Origin: Macrostomum lignano
Taxonomy: Eukaryota
NCBI GenBank assembly: GCA_002269645.1
Contig: NIVC01001051.1
Span: 1 to 64,000, forward strand
Length of the DNA stretch: 64,000 bases
Direction of reading: 5' to 3'
The translations under genes were made by a program, and so were the position numbers. Below the pieces are notes generated by a model. It saw only the letters and a list, made by a program, of their open reading frames with translations, did no database searches and was not told where the DNA came from. Shown in pieces: positions 1 to 12,509 of this stretch. How positions within the stretch are numbered: the stretch's first letter is position 1; each line of letters begins with the position of its first letter.

Positions 1-340
1 TTTTAGAGCATTTTTAAAGCCAAGGCTGATTTATTGCTCTTACCCCCCCCCCCAGCTTAAAACCTCCGAACGCGCCTTTCCACACTACCCTCCCCGCCCC
101 GCCACAATTTTTATTTGCCTTTCTCGAATTCCAGCCTAAAGCTGCATGTACATTTCAGTGGACTGGCTAATGTACATTGCTGCTGAACCAATTAGCAGTT
201 GATTATGCTTGCAAGCTTGGCTTCTAAACTTATCGAAGTCATTTTCTTTTTTATAAAATTAGCTTATGTATTCTTCTTTGCTACTGAACTGAAAGTAGAA
301 AGCTGTTTTACTAAGGATATATACCTAAGTGGCCATCTAG
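1..340 (+). repeat. Copy of the same ~400-bp interspersed repeat (5-prime part cut by the window edge)
   Basis: Colinear with 1900-2230 and ends CCTAAGTGGCCATCTAG. Confidence 0.8.
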
Positions 341-522
341 TAGTTTAGTTATCTGTGACCAGAATGAGAAAATGGAGTAGCCAGCTCTTCTTCCAAAACC
401 TCCATTTCAGACAGTGCAGGCTGATTGTTGCAGTTGTTCAGTTTTTTTACGTTAAAATTGTGATAGAAACAAATAAATCGCGTCTTTTGTGTACAAACAG
501 AAAAACTGCAGTCAGCAAACAC

Positions 523-3500
523 TCAGCCAACATTAGAACTCCTCTGTGAACTCCACTGCACCCTCTTTCTCCGGCTCAGCTTCCGTGAATCCGCAGGCGC
601 CCTGCCGCCGCCGCCGCCGCCACTTCCGGGCCGGATTCGACCTGCTTTGGCGTCGCTAACGCGCCCCAGAAGTCGAAGACGAGGCCATCCGGAAGGCGAA
701 CTCGCCGAGTCGCGATCCACCATCAGAGCGAATTCGTGCGGATTCCCGGCCACCTGGCCGATCTCCCAGATGCTCTGGGCGAGCTCGGCGTCCGAGATGC
801 CTAACAAGCCTTCGATTAGACGATTAATGGCCTCGATGGCCGCGGCGGCCGCCTGATCCGGGGCCTGGATACAGAGCCAGTGCGGATTAGAGACGGATTA
901 GCTTTGATTTGGCCTTTCTGGTTACTAACTATAGTATCTAGCTGGGAAATTTTCAGTAAATATGGTCTATCATGCCGTCTGTTGCTTAATTTGTTAGTCG
1001 GGTAACTTGTTGCTAATTAGTTGGCCAGGTAGCTTTTGTTTCTAATTAGTTGGCCAGGTACTTTGTTGTCTAATTAGTTGGCCAGGTAGTTTGTTGTCTA
1101 ATTAGTTGGCCAGGTAGTTTGTAGTCTAATTAGTTGGCCGGATAATTTGTTGTCTAATTAGTTTGCGAGGTAGTTTGTGGTCTAATTAGTTGGCCAGGTA
1201 GTTTGTAGTCTAATTAGTGGGCCAGATAATTTGTTGTCTAATTAGTTTGCGAGGTAGTTTGTTTGTCTAATTAGTTGGGCAGATAGTTTGTTGCCTAATT
1301 ATTGCCAGGTGTTTTATCGCCTACACGCAGTAATTATTCAAATAATGTTGCTTATTGCAGAAGCTGTGTAAGTTCAGATAGAATCAACTAATTAGTTTTT
1401 TTACTGCCAACAGCCTACATGTATACAATATAAGAAGGCTTTCAGGATTATCTATTCACACAGTCTAATTTTGGTCACTTCTCTGATTTCCATAACAAAA
1501 AATTAACCTCGCTAACATCTTCCTCGCCGCCGCCGCCGCCACCCCGCCTTCAGGCGAATAGTCTTCTTCCCGCTACCGAGTCCGCCGCCCCCGCCGCCGC
1601 CACCCGCTGGGTGACCGCGGGAGCCGGAGCGCGGATTCAAATTAGCGTATGGCGACTTCTCCGGCGAAACTAAGCGCAGCACGAATGTGGTTCCTCTGGG
1701 AATTTCTTTTAGACGCTTAGCAACGTCAAAGTGACGCTTACCTGCGATGCGGAAGAAACAGTGGACCAATGCATAAGAGGAATTTTATAAATTTACACAC
1801 GTAACCACAGCTACTAGAATAAGATAGATGGGCCACTCAGCCCATTTGCGTATAAACTACTTTCTGTTCAGTAGTAAGTTAAACAGAAGCATTTTAATGT
1901 ATTTTTATGACAAGGCTCATTTATGTGCTCTTACCCACAAGCTTAAACCTCCAACCGCGCCTTTCCACACACCCCCCCGCCCCGCCCCAGTTTTTATTGC
2001 CTTTCTCGAAACTGCAGCCTAAAGCTGCCATGTACATTTCAGTGGACTGGCTAATGTACATTACTGCTGAACCAATTAGCAAGTTGTTTGCGCCTGCAAG
2101 CTTGGCTTCTAAACTTATCAGTCATTTCAGCTACCTTTATTTTTATAAAATGTTTATGCACTCTTCTTTGCCACTGAGCTGAAAGTAGAAAGCTGTTTTC
2201 TAAGTATTTATGCCTGAGTGGCCCATCTAGTCATTCTAGTATCTGTGGGTTAAGCCCTCAAACCGCGTCTTTCCACACAAAAACCACCCCCGCCGCCACC
2301 CAATTTTATTGCCTTCTTCATTCAATGTTCCAGCCTAAAGCTAGCATGTACATTTCATTGGCGCTGGCTAATGTACATTGTCATTATGGCTGAACCAATT
2401 AGAAGGTTGTGTAAATCTACAAGCTTCGCTGGCTTCTAAATATCTAGTTATTCTAGTATCTGGCTTCTAAACTTATACAAGTCATTCCAACAGGCAGTTA
2501 GAATATTTATCTGTGATGTGTAGTAAAAAAAACCTCTTACCAACGAAATTTTCGCCGTCAATTTTCTCAATGTGATCCCCGGGCTGGATGTGGTCAATTC
2601 TGTCAATTATGGAGCCAGCCTTGATTCGCTTGATGAAAGCATAACCAGCGCCATTGTCGGTGATGGTGAGGCCGAGGGCGTCCTCCGACTTTTCTACTTC
2701 AATCTCCTTTTTCTGGCCTTTAATGTGGGCAAATAGGAAATCGTCTAGTCCAATTTGGCCACCCAGTAGGTGCTCCATCTCGATCTTGTGCGTGTTCAGA
2801 GTGCAGAAGATGATCTAGGAGAATAAAAGGGCTAAAGGCTAGAAATATTTTTCTAATTGTATCACATACTGGCACTGCTGAGTAAATTCTAAATCAATTT
2901 AAAGTAAAAGAGGAAAACTAAAAGCATAAACATTCTATTAGTTCTATATTTATAGCCACCAGGAAGGACCAAACTAGTATAACTACTAAATGTATACTAA
3001 TCATATACTTACAGTAGAAACCATATAATATATTATACCATTATAAAAAGAATATGAATAATTTCTTCAATATATAACTTAGTCAAATTACAAATATAGA
3101 AAAATTTTATATGGAAAAAAAAATACAATAAGAATACAAAGCAATGTCCTATTGATGATAGTTCTAAGGTAATGTATTATTGATAAACCCTTAGTTCTCA
3201 TATTATTTATAATATAATAAACTTGAATACTTTGTGCCTAAAAATATGACAACTTTAAAAAGCTCATGGACATTACTTTTTTAGGTTCTACATACTTCAA
3301 GTTTGAGAGAGTATAATACTATGACTACTTGTTGATTTGTTTCAATAAATATAGTCACTATGATTTTATACATAAATAGATCAATTAATATAAAGGCCAA
3401 TTTATAGAATCTTGTCACTTGGACTAATATAAATAAGACTTGCATAACAAAAATAAACACTAGCAATAAGATAAACAAATTATTCAAGATAAAAATAAAA

Positions 3501-4110
3501 TGTATCTCTGTATTTGCTTTTCATTTTATAATAATACTATATATTATATGAGATAATAGCTGTTAGTTTGTAATAAAACCAAAAACAAGCAATATGTTAT
3601 TACAGAATCGAAAATAGCTAAAATCGTTAAAGTCTAACTGAAAAATGCAATATTTTATTTAGACTTCTTTGGTTACAAGATAATAAATGAAATAAAGGCT
3701 TATAAAATATCTAAAACCATATTATTACTACAGGTCAAAATAAGATAAAACAAGTGATAGTTCTTAGAACTAGTATGAACATAGCATAATAACACTGAAA
3801 TTAAAATAATTTCATGAAGGCTTACATCTGATGACTCAATATTGTAGCACTCTGCAATCTTAGCATAAAGTTCCTTGACATTAGTGAATCCACTAATTAT
3901 TCCAGTTGGGCTGCCATGAGCCAATTGGCAATGAAAATTGTACTTTGGGCGAGGTGGATCATAGTATTCTTGATTTTTACTTTTAGATGGTGAAGTAGGA
4001 CCATGACCATGATTATGATTGCTGTTTTGGGATGTAGATTTTGTTGGAGAAGTTTGATGGCTTGGACTCTCTTGAGTAATTTCCCTCTTTTTCTTTCCAA
4101 AGAGAGGCAT
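523..4110 (-). CDS. GIPC: GIPC-family PDZ adaptor (GH1-PDZ-GH2), 4 coding exons: 4110-3826, 2814-2541, 1741-1517, 864-~523; apparent indel errors in exons 3 and 4
   Basis: Translation gives [81 protein letters not shown] and GH2 [20 protein letters not shown]...SDAKAG, matching GIPC1/kermit motifs. GT-AG boundaries have compatible phases (0,1,0). Exon 3 is off by one base near 1543, and three 1-bp deletions at ~663-710 obscure the expected [18 protein letters not shown]. Confidence 0.93.
985..1305. repeat. 28-bp minisatellite in GIPC intron 3
   Basis: Unit TAATTAGTTGGCCAGGTAGTTTGTTGTC, about 11 copies. Confidence 0.9.
1825..2230 (+). mobile_element. MITE-like interspersed repeat (~400 bp), best-preserved copy, in GIPC intron 2
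   Basis: TA-GATGGGCCACTCAG ... CTGAGTGGCCCATC-TA is a perfect 16-bp inverted match including TA. The internal sequence (TAAAGCTGCCATGTAC...AATGTACATT...GAACCAATTAGCA...GCAAGCTTGGCTTCTAAACTTATC) recurs in three other places in the window. Confidence 0.65.
2245..2480 (+). repeat. Degenerate partial tandem copy of the same interspersed repeat
   Basis: CAGCCTAAAGCTAGCATGTACATTTC...GCTAATGTACATTG...GAACCAATTAG with many indels. Confidence 0.65.
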
Positions 4111-4652
4111 TGCGTGCGTATGCTTTATTAAAATATATCAACCAAGTTGCATACAACTAGGAGCATAAACAAAAGCCAAAGCAACAAGATCAGATGAAGC
4201 TGCTGCTGATCTTCGCAAACTTCCGTCCGGTGGACGTTCGATAATAGAAATTGGCATTCAAATTGTACAATATTTTTTTCGCATTTTGAAAACAACAGCG
4301 TATGTTTTAGCAGAAAAAACTTTCTTCTACTTAAAAAACAAAAGAAACCATTAGTGACTTTACTATTTGTTCAATAACTGAGATATAGCTAAAGTAGAAT
4401 TTGCTTAAATGCTTAGTTCCAAAACAAAAAAAAAATTCAGTTTACAATACTATTCGTTAATTTTCACGTAGGACGTGAAGCGTCTACAGGCTTTAAGCTT
4501 GTCTCAGTTGTCTCACTTGTCTGCAATATATACATGTAGCTTTTCTGTTTGAAAGCTGTAAAATTAGTTATATTAAATACAATCTATATCTGCAGAGATA
4601 ACAGGTGACAGCTCGAAGCTCGTAGATTATTATAAATTTGTATACAGTTTTA

Positions 4653-5262
4653 ATGGCTTACGAAAGGAAGAAGGATGGAACAAAGTTAGATGCAAATTAT
4701 GAGTACATTCTTGTACATGAGGAGGAAGAGTGCGACAGCGACTCATCAGACACATTTTTTAATGGACCTAAATTAAAGAAAGGACAGCGTGGATTCAAAG
4801 AATTGTAAGTATTTTGTGTCTTATGATAATTTTGAGATCAGTTTTGATTGATTGTTCAAGTTTTGTTTCATGCAATACAGTACACAGAAATAATTCTTAA
4901 ATATTCACGATTATGTACCAAATCATTTCGGTTTTGCAGCAGTCCTCGTGTTCAAGTGGCTCTGTGCATCATTTTAATTTTAGCAGTGATTCTGTTTGTC
5001 TTTGTGATCTACAACTTTCTGTCCTTCATAATTTCACTTCAAAATGCAATGCATAAATTGCAAGAGAAAATCCCATTGAGTAAGTGAATATCATGATTAT
5101 TATTAAGAATATTACTTGCCCTTTTATTTCCAATCAACCTAAATTTTTACTTTTAACATTTCAGTTTGCAAGACTGCTCATGCCTTAAATAGCAAATTGG
5201 CTCATGGCTTAAAATTCTGCCCAAATTCTACAGCCACTCTTCCAGCCAACATTACTGCCTAA
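4653..5262 (+). CDS. Small predicted type II single-pass membrane protein, 129 aa, 3 exons: 4653-4804, 4940-5079, 5165-5262
   Basis: Both donors are GTAAGT, both acceptors are pyrimidine-rich CAG, and phases 2 and 1 join into one 390-nt open frame. Product has an acidic N-terminus (NYEYILVHEEEECDSDSSDTFF), a hydrophobic stretch (VALCIILILAVILFVFVIYNFLSFII) and a C-terminus with NST/NIT sequons. Only exon 2 is visible in the ORF track. Confidence 0.72.
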
Positions 5263-6706
5263 GGAAAAGCCTATTTGCAATTCAACACGACAATTGGTTC
5301 ACTCTGTCTTTTAATGACCAAACTTTGTATACTGGATTAATTCTATTTTAATTTAGCAACATTGTTTTGTAAATTATTTTTCATAAGTTTTTATACTGTT
5401 TCTATACCATTATGTATATGCCAGTGATGATCTTTAGTTTTATAGCAACGTGTGATTGTGAATGCATCCTTTAGTGTATATATCATTAATTATATCTATG
5501 AAGTATGAAGCTCGCGTGGTCACACTCATTTACATTATTGTTGATAACTTCATCTTATAGGATGAAGCCTTCTCCAATGCTAATAAACATTTAAATGATA
5601 ACAATACTGTCACTGTATAAATTAGTTAATTAATAATGCTTCGCTGTTCTATACAAAATATAATAAACAACCGACACAGATAAAGTTTCTATTTATTCAA
5701 AACATGTTTTCTTAGCTCGCACACATGAAACAAGCCCGTCAATTGAACTTTCCGATACCAAGCCAATCATTTATTTTTTATAGCTAACGTTTTTTATTTT
5801 TCTTCGATCTGATAAAAAAAGAGTCAAGCCACACAAGCAAAAGCAGAAGGCACTTGTACACCACCAAGCTGCTCAACTGCAGTCTTACAGAATTTGAAAG
5901 CAAAAATATACACCAAATAGCAATCCTCTCAGAGTGGAAAGCAAAGGTAGAAAAACACTACTAATAAGGCACAAAAACTACAAATTAAAAACTAAACTAA
6001 TGGGCAAAAATAAAATATAGTAAAAAGTATTGAGTTCGAAACAGAACGAGCATAATTTTGATTTATGATACGAATAAAAAAAACTGGTTGCTGGCAGACA
6101 GCTTGAAAACACTTTGCGATGGTTGCCAAAAGGGCATACAGAAAACAAAAGGACACAGTGACATTTTGTACAAAAACATATCGGTGCACTGAAGGCACTC
6201 GTCTATAGTGTACCATCAATTTACTATGAATGGAAAGTGTGATAAAAAATAAAAACACTCTAGCTACTCGATATTTGTACTTTTAAAAAGTATGGCACCG
6301 ATTTAAATACAATAATTATTTCGATGATTAGTTATGCCTTAATAGCAACAGCTCTAACAAGATGGAGCCTACTTAAACACTCACTTATATCATTAACTAT
6401 ATTGATGTGAGAAATATGATGAGCAGCTCTTTTTAAAGGAGAAAAGCTTTACCGACTGACAATCCACAACAAATACAGATTTGAGTTTATAGCAGTTTTT
6501 TTAAAGCAATTATCACTTTTTAAAGCAACAAGCCGTAACAGTGGCTTTCATGATAAGGTAAATCACAGAGGAAAGCCAGCAAGGCACATTCAAGTGAACT
6601 ACAGTAGTTTATGTACACATACATATGAGCGTAGGGTCAGTTTAACTTGTATATTTCACTTTTCGAAAACTGCTTTTTGCTCGCGCTGAAGTTTTGAAAG
6701 CTGTAG

Positions 6707-9700
6707 TCATTGATGACCTGCGCTGCTCACACTGCCGGTTCCGCCACTGCTTTCGGCTCTGAAACAAAGAAATGCTACGAATTTTAACTGGCTCCAGCCC
6801 AAGCACAACCTCCAAACTGGCTCCAGCCCAAGCTGCAACCCCCAAACTGGCTCCAGCCCAAGCACAACCCCCAAACTGGCTCCAGCCCAAGCTGCAACCC
6901 CCAAACTGGCTCCAGCCCAAGCACAACCCCTAAACTGGCTCCAGCCCAAGCACAACCCCCAAACTGGCTCCAGCCCAAGCACAACCCCTAAACTGGCTCC
7001 AGCCCAAGCACAACCCCCAAACTGGCTCCAGCCCAAGCTGCAACCCCCAAACTGGCTCCAGCCCAAGCACAACCCCTAAACTGGCTCCAGCCCAAGCACA
7101 ACCCCCAAACTGGCTCCAGCCCAAGCACAACCCCTAAACTGGCTCCAGCCCAAGCTGCAACCCCCAAACTGGCTCCAGCCCAAGCACAACCCCCAAACTG
7201 GCTCCAGCCCAAGCACAACCCCAAACTGGCTCCAGCCCAAGCACAACCCTCATAATGGCTCCAGTCCTAGCACAACCCCCCAAAACTGGCTCCAGCTCAA
7301 ATTGGATCCAGCCCAAGCACAACCCCCTAAACTGGCTGCAGCCCAAGCCCAAGCCCTAAACTGGCTCCAGCCCAAGCACAATTACCCCCCCCCCCAAACT
7401 GGCTCCAGCACAAGCATAACCCCCAAACTGGCTCCAGCACAAGCACAACCCGTAAACTGGCTCCAGCCCAAGCACAACCCCAAACTGGCTCCAGCACAAG
7501 CACAACCCCCTAAACTGGCTCCAGCACAAGCACAACCCCAAACTGGCTCCAGCACAAGCCCAACCCCCAAACTGGCTCCAGCACAAGCACAACCCCCAAA
7601 CTGGCTCCAGCACAAGCACAACCCCAAACTGGCTCCAGCACAAGCCCAACCCCCAAACTGGCTCCAGCACAAGCACAACCCCCTAAACTGGCTCCAGCAC
7701 AAGCACAACCCCAAACTGGCTCCAGCACAAGCCCAACCCCCAAACTGGCTCCAGCACAAGCACAACCCTCAAACTGGCTCCAGCTCAAATTGGATCCAGC
7801 CCATGCAAGTACAACTCACCGCGAGCGCGCCCTCAGGAACCGGTGCTTAGCCAGGTCCTCGGCGGCAGGCCGGAGCGCCGGGTCACGCACCAAGCAGCCG
7901 GCATAAAAGGAGTGCGCGTCGGCTGAGAATTCTTGTGGCAGAGTCGGCGGCTTCGGCTCGCCGTTGCCAATGGCGAAGATGGCTGCCATGGGCGGCATGT
8001 CGGCGAATGGAGGCCGCGTTGTCGCCATTTCCAACAGGGTGCAGCCGACGGACCAACAGTCGGACTTGGCGCCGTGGCCGGCTTCAAGGACGACCTCCGG
8101 CGCCATCCAGTATGGCGTGCCCTCTAGCGACATCTGCTGCTGGGCGCGCTTGCCAGACAGAGACATCTGCGTGGCGTGCAGCCGCTTGGCGCAGCCGAAG
8201 TCGATCAACTTGATGACCCCGGCGTCCGTCACCATGATGTTGTGGCCCTGAGTGCGGTGATTTGGTGGTGTAATAAGATAATTTTTACTAAGGTACAACT
8301 TTGTATTTTCAAGTACAAAATTAAACTCCGCCGAAACACGCGAAGCCCCACCAACCTTGATGTCGCGGTGCACAACTCCGTTGGCGTGCAGGAAGGCCAC
8401 CCCGCTGACCACCTGCCGCAGGTAGCGCCGGCAGACCCGCTCGGACAGCGAGCCGTAGCGGTCCAGGAGTCCCCGGATGCTGCCGCCCGGCACGAACTCC
8501 ATGATGATGTAGAACATGTCGCCATCGCACCGCGTGCCCAGCAGCTGGACAATGTTGCGATGCCGCAGATTGCGCAGAATCTCCACCTCTTGACGAATTC
8601 GGCGAAGTTCCGTCTCAACGGAGGAGTCCTCGCGCTCGATGCTCACCTGACAGAGTGGAGATCGGTTAGTTTGTATCACTTTTACTAAAACACTAGACGG
8701 GCCACTCAGGCATAAATACTTAGTAAAACAGCTTTCTATTTTCAGTTCAGTAGCAAAGAAGAATACATAAGCTATTTTATAAAAATAAAGGCAGCTGAAA
8801 CGACTTCGATAAGTTTAGAAGCCAAGCTTGCAGGCGTAAACAACTTGCTAATTGGTTCAGCAGTAATGTACATTAGCCAGTCCACTGGCATGTACATGGC
8901 AGCTTTAGGCTGGAATTCCGAGAAAGGCAATAAAAATTGGGGCCAGGGGGTAGTGAGGAAAGGCGCGGTTGGAGGGTTTAAGCTGGGGGGGATAAGAGCC
9001 AATAAATGTTCTGTTTAACAATTTCTACTGAACGGAAGTAGTTTCATTTTGATTAGCGGAACTGTCTGAAATATTTTGTACGAAATAGCAAAAGGAGCAA
9101 AAATCATTGAATGTTTTTAATAATTTAGGTGCTCTAATCAACGATTGTATAAGGCTATATTTAATTTATAACTTTTTTTGTTTGTTTGCTATGAAACTGC
9201 TGTGAGTTACCAGAAAAGTAAGGATTTTAAGTTGCACTTTCTAATAAATTGTTAGAGAACGTGTGGCGTACAACGGCCCTGGCTTTCTTAATGTCATTTA
9301 GTGCACTCTGTATTGGAGCCATGGGTTCGGCTCTCACGTGGTGATGCCCCAATTTCTTCTAATCAGAATTAGGGATGATGCAGCTCACCTGCTTGACCGC
9401 GATGATGCGCCCAGCCTCCGTGAGTCCCTGGCGCACCACGCCAAAGCTTCCCGACCCGATCTTCGGCCCCTGGCGCCAGTAAATCCCGTCGCTGTAGGCG
9501 GCATCGTCTCCGTCGCGTCCACTGGCGGTTGAGGACAGACTCGAGATGGTGTCGTTCAGCGGGTCGGAGCCACCGACGGCGCCGGCGGTTCCGTTCTCAG
9601 CGCCGGCGTGGCTGACGAACACAGAGTCTGGTGGCTGCTGCAGCGGCTCATCGCATTCGTCGGCGTCCGTCGGTTCAACGTCCAGCATTTCGGGAATCTC

Positions 9701-12509
9701 GGACAGCAGCGTCCGGTCGTCAGCAGCGGATAAGTTGGAGCCAATGGAGCTGAGCACCGGGTAGCGGCTCAGCCCGGCTGCGCCAGTCGGCGCCGCGGCC
9801 GCCAGCAGCTGGACGCCGCCGCCGCCATCGACCGCGGTGGCCGACACCAGCCAGCCGGGCCCCGGCTCCACGCCGGACAGCTCCACGAGTGACGGCGCCA
9901 CCGCCTCCTCGCTGGCAGCCTCGTCTGACTGAATCACCGACGGGTTTTTCGTCAGGGCGACCGACTTGGCTGCCGACGGCTTCTTGGCTCCAGAAGATTG
10001 CTGCTTCTGCTGCGGTTGTTGCTGCTTTTTTCGCTGGTTGACGGCACCACCGGCGCCGCGCTTTCGAACTGGCGCCGCGGTGAGACGCTTCGGCGCCGAG
10101 ATCGGCTGCCGCTGCTGCTGCTGCTTGCCGGGCTGACTGGCTGACTTGCCGACGGCCGACTGGCCTTCGCCGACAGCTGCCGAGCTTGCCGATGGGCTCG
10201 GCTTGGCTTTGGTTGCTTTGGCTGCGGCTTTGCTGCTGGCTGATACGGCAGGAGCTGACGGTTGCGCGTCAGCGTCTTGTGCAGAAGCTGGGGCGGAGGC
10301 TGGTGAGGCGGCTGGGGAGGCAGCTGGGGCGGAGGCTGGAGAGGCAGCTGGGGCAGAAGCTGTGGAGGCGGCTGGAGAAGTGGCCGTTGGTGCCGCGGTG
10401 ACGGCGTCATTCAATCCGACCGACTGCGGATCTTCAAGTATCTCAACGCTATTTGACAATTCAATCTGCGCTTCCGTCTTGCTTCTTGTTGTCATGGCGA
10501 CGACTGAGGAAGCACCGCCGCCGCCGCCGGATCGCTTGACCACCGTGGCTGGCGTCGACATGCGCAGCGGCGCTTTGGCGATCGGCACACGGCGGCCCAG
10601 CACGACTGACTGGCGGGGCAGCTGGCTGGCATCAGATCTCCGGGCCGAGCTCGGCGGCGAGGTCGCCTCGGCAGCCTCGTCGATCGTCTCGGCGATCGGA
10701 TTCAGCGGCCCGGCAGTCGATGCCGCCGTTGCCGCCGGAGACGTTGCCGATGCTGACAACGCTGCGGACATCAACGACGGAGCCGAAACTGACGATGACA
10801 GGGTCAGGGAGCGCGGCGTTGCGGCGGCCGAGTCCTCCATGTCCTCCAGACACGTCCGCGAGCTGTTGCGCCCTCGGGAGCTGTCCATGCTGGACGCCGC
10901 GCTGTCCTGGCGCGACGGGGCAGCCGGGCCGCCGCTCTGCCAGGGCAGCCGACGGTGATGCAGGAAATTTGACGGCGCCGGGCTGTCCGACGAGCGAGCG
11001 GACGGGTGCCGGTGAAATACAACGGCCGCCGCGGCCAGCATCGGCGGGCTGGCGCTCCGACCGCGAGCTCGAGCCGCCGCTGCCGCTTCTGCCGCGCGCT
11101 GCTGCTGGCCGCCCGACTCGCCGAAGATGCTCGGCAACCGCAGCGGCTGAGACTCCGCCGATGCAGCTGCGGCAGATGCTGGCGACACCTCCGTGCGGGA
11201 CCTACCGACTCGCCGCGGGCGGTCCGGCTGTGGCCGATCCGGAGGCGCCGGCCTGCCCTCCAGCAGGCAGCGGATGCGAGCCGAGTTCGCCAGGTCCACC
11301 GGCGTCTGGCCGCCGGCGTCAGCGGCGCCAGGATCGGCGCCGGCGTGGAGTAGCAGCGCGGCGGATTCGGCATCGCCCTGCATGGCGCTGAGGTGCAGTG
11401 GCGTGGAGCCCATCAGGCCGATGGCACGGTGGCTGGCGCCGAGGCGGAGCAGCTCCTTGACGGCGGAGGTTGCCTTGGCCAGGCAGGCGCAGTGCAGCGG
11501 CGTGTACTGCCGGGAGTCGGCGGCCTCCAGGTTCGCTCCGGCCTGCGCCAGCGCCGTCAAGAGCGGCCGGGCGTGCCGGGCGGCGCCCAACCAGCTGCCG
11601 CCGCTTCCGCCGCTGCCGCCAGCAGCCGCGGCAACGAAGTGCAACGGCGAACGGCCTGTCGGCACGTCCACCGCGGCGTTGACGTCCAGGCCGCGATCCT
11701 GCAGCAGCCGCAGAACCTCGGCCGGCCGGTAGTCGATGCGGAACTGCTCGGCCAGTCGGCCGATCCGCTCGAGGTCGCGGACTAGCAGGATGCCGGCCGG
11801 GCAGCCGTCGCGGTTGCGGGCGGAGCGGAGCTCCTCGTCCGTGAGGTGGCGCAGGTGGTGGCGCACGCCGAACAGGCAGCCCTGCCAGCAAGCCTGGGAC
11901 AGGATGAGATTCGGGTAGCACAGGATGAGATTCGGGTAGCACAGGATGAGATTCGGGTAGGACTGGATGAGATTCGGGTAGGACAGGATGAGATTCGGGT
12001 AGGACCGGATGAGCTTCGGTTTGAGATTCAGGTGAGATTCCGGGGAGACTGTGAGATTCGGGTAGCCAGAGCTGGGTTCTGGCGCCAGAGATCCTTACCT
12101 GCGCAAACTGCGCATCGGGCGTCAGCTGCCTATCCAAGACGGCCTTGCGCACGTGACTGTTGCCAATGTCCAACACTGACTCGCCGTCCCGGCTGAGCAC
12201 GGTGGCGTCGACTCCGTGCTGCAGCAGCAGCCGCACCGTAGCCAGGTGGCCTCGCCTGGCCGCCATGAGCAGCGGCGTGTCGCCAGTGGCGGGGTCGCGC
12301 GCATCCAAATCCGGCTGCTGACCGCCCGGCCGGGTCATCAGCGCCTTCAGCTTCTCCACGCTTCCGTCCGCTGTGTAGGAGAACATCATGTCCTGCAGGA
12401 CTCGGGACTGCTGCTGCTGCTGCTGCTGCTGCTCCGGTTCGCATGGCTGCTGCTGCTGCTGCGGCGGCGGTGACGGCGGCGGCCGCCATTTTTCGACAGC
12501 GCAGGCCAT
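6707..12509 (-). CDS. MAP3K19: Ankyrin-repeat MAP3K19/YSK4-like Ser/Thr kinase, ~1228 aa; exons 12509-12099, 11893-9389, 8646-8356, 8247-7820, 6758-6707 (last exon tentative; otherwise stop at 7816)
   Basis: Kinase motifs are intact: GSGSFG, GLTEAGRIIAVKQ, MEFVPGGSI, HRDIKGHN, KLIDFGCAKRL, GTPYWMAPE, closely resembling vertebrate MAP3K19. N-terminal ankyrin motifs GDTPLLMAARRGH, GRSPLHFVA, YTPLHCAC, STPLHLSA. All introns are GT-AG with matching phases. Confidence 0.88.
6786..7800. repeat. ~30-bp minisatellite filling the putative last intron of the kinase gene
   Basis: Unit AAACTGGCTCCAGCCCAAGCACAACCCCC with variants. Confidence 0.95.
8693..9050 (-). repeat. Inverted copy of the same interspersed repeat in kinase intron 2
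   Basis: Begins CTAGACGGGCCACTCAGGCATAAATACTTAG, the reverse complement of the right end of the 1825-2230 copy. The opposite TIR is missing. Confidence 0.82.
11897..12060. repeat. 21-bp minisatellite in kinase intron 1, abutting the acceptor
   Basis: Unit CAGGATGAGATTCGGGTAGCA/GGA. Confidence 0.85.

Noticed and set aside
325-340. Helitron interpretation of the ~400-bp repeat (three copies end in CTAG followed by T)
   Set aside because: No 5-prime TC end or subterminal hairpin was evident, and one copy has a perfect TIR with TA flanks. Left as MITE-like, although classification remains uncertain.
6642-7850. Many overlapping ORFs (CLGWSQFGG, LAPAQAQP)
   Set aside because: Translations of the ~30-bp minisatellite.
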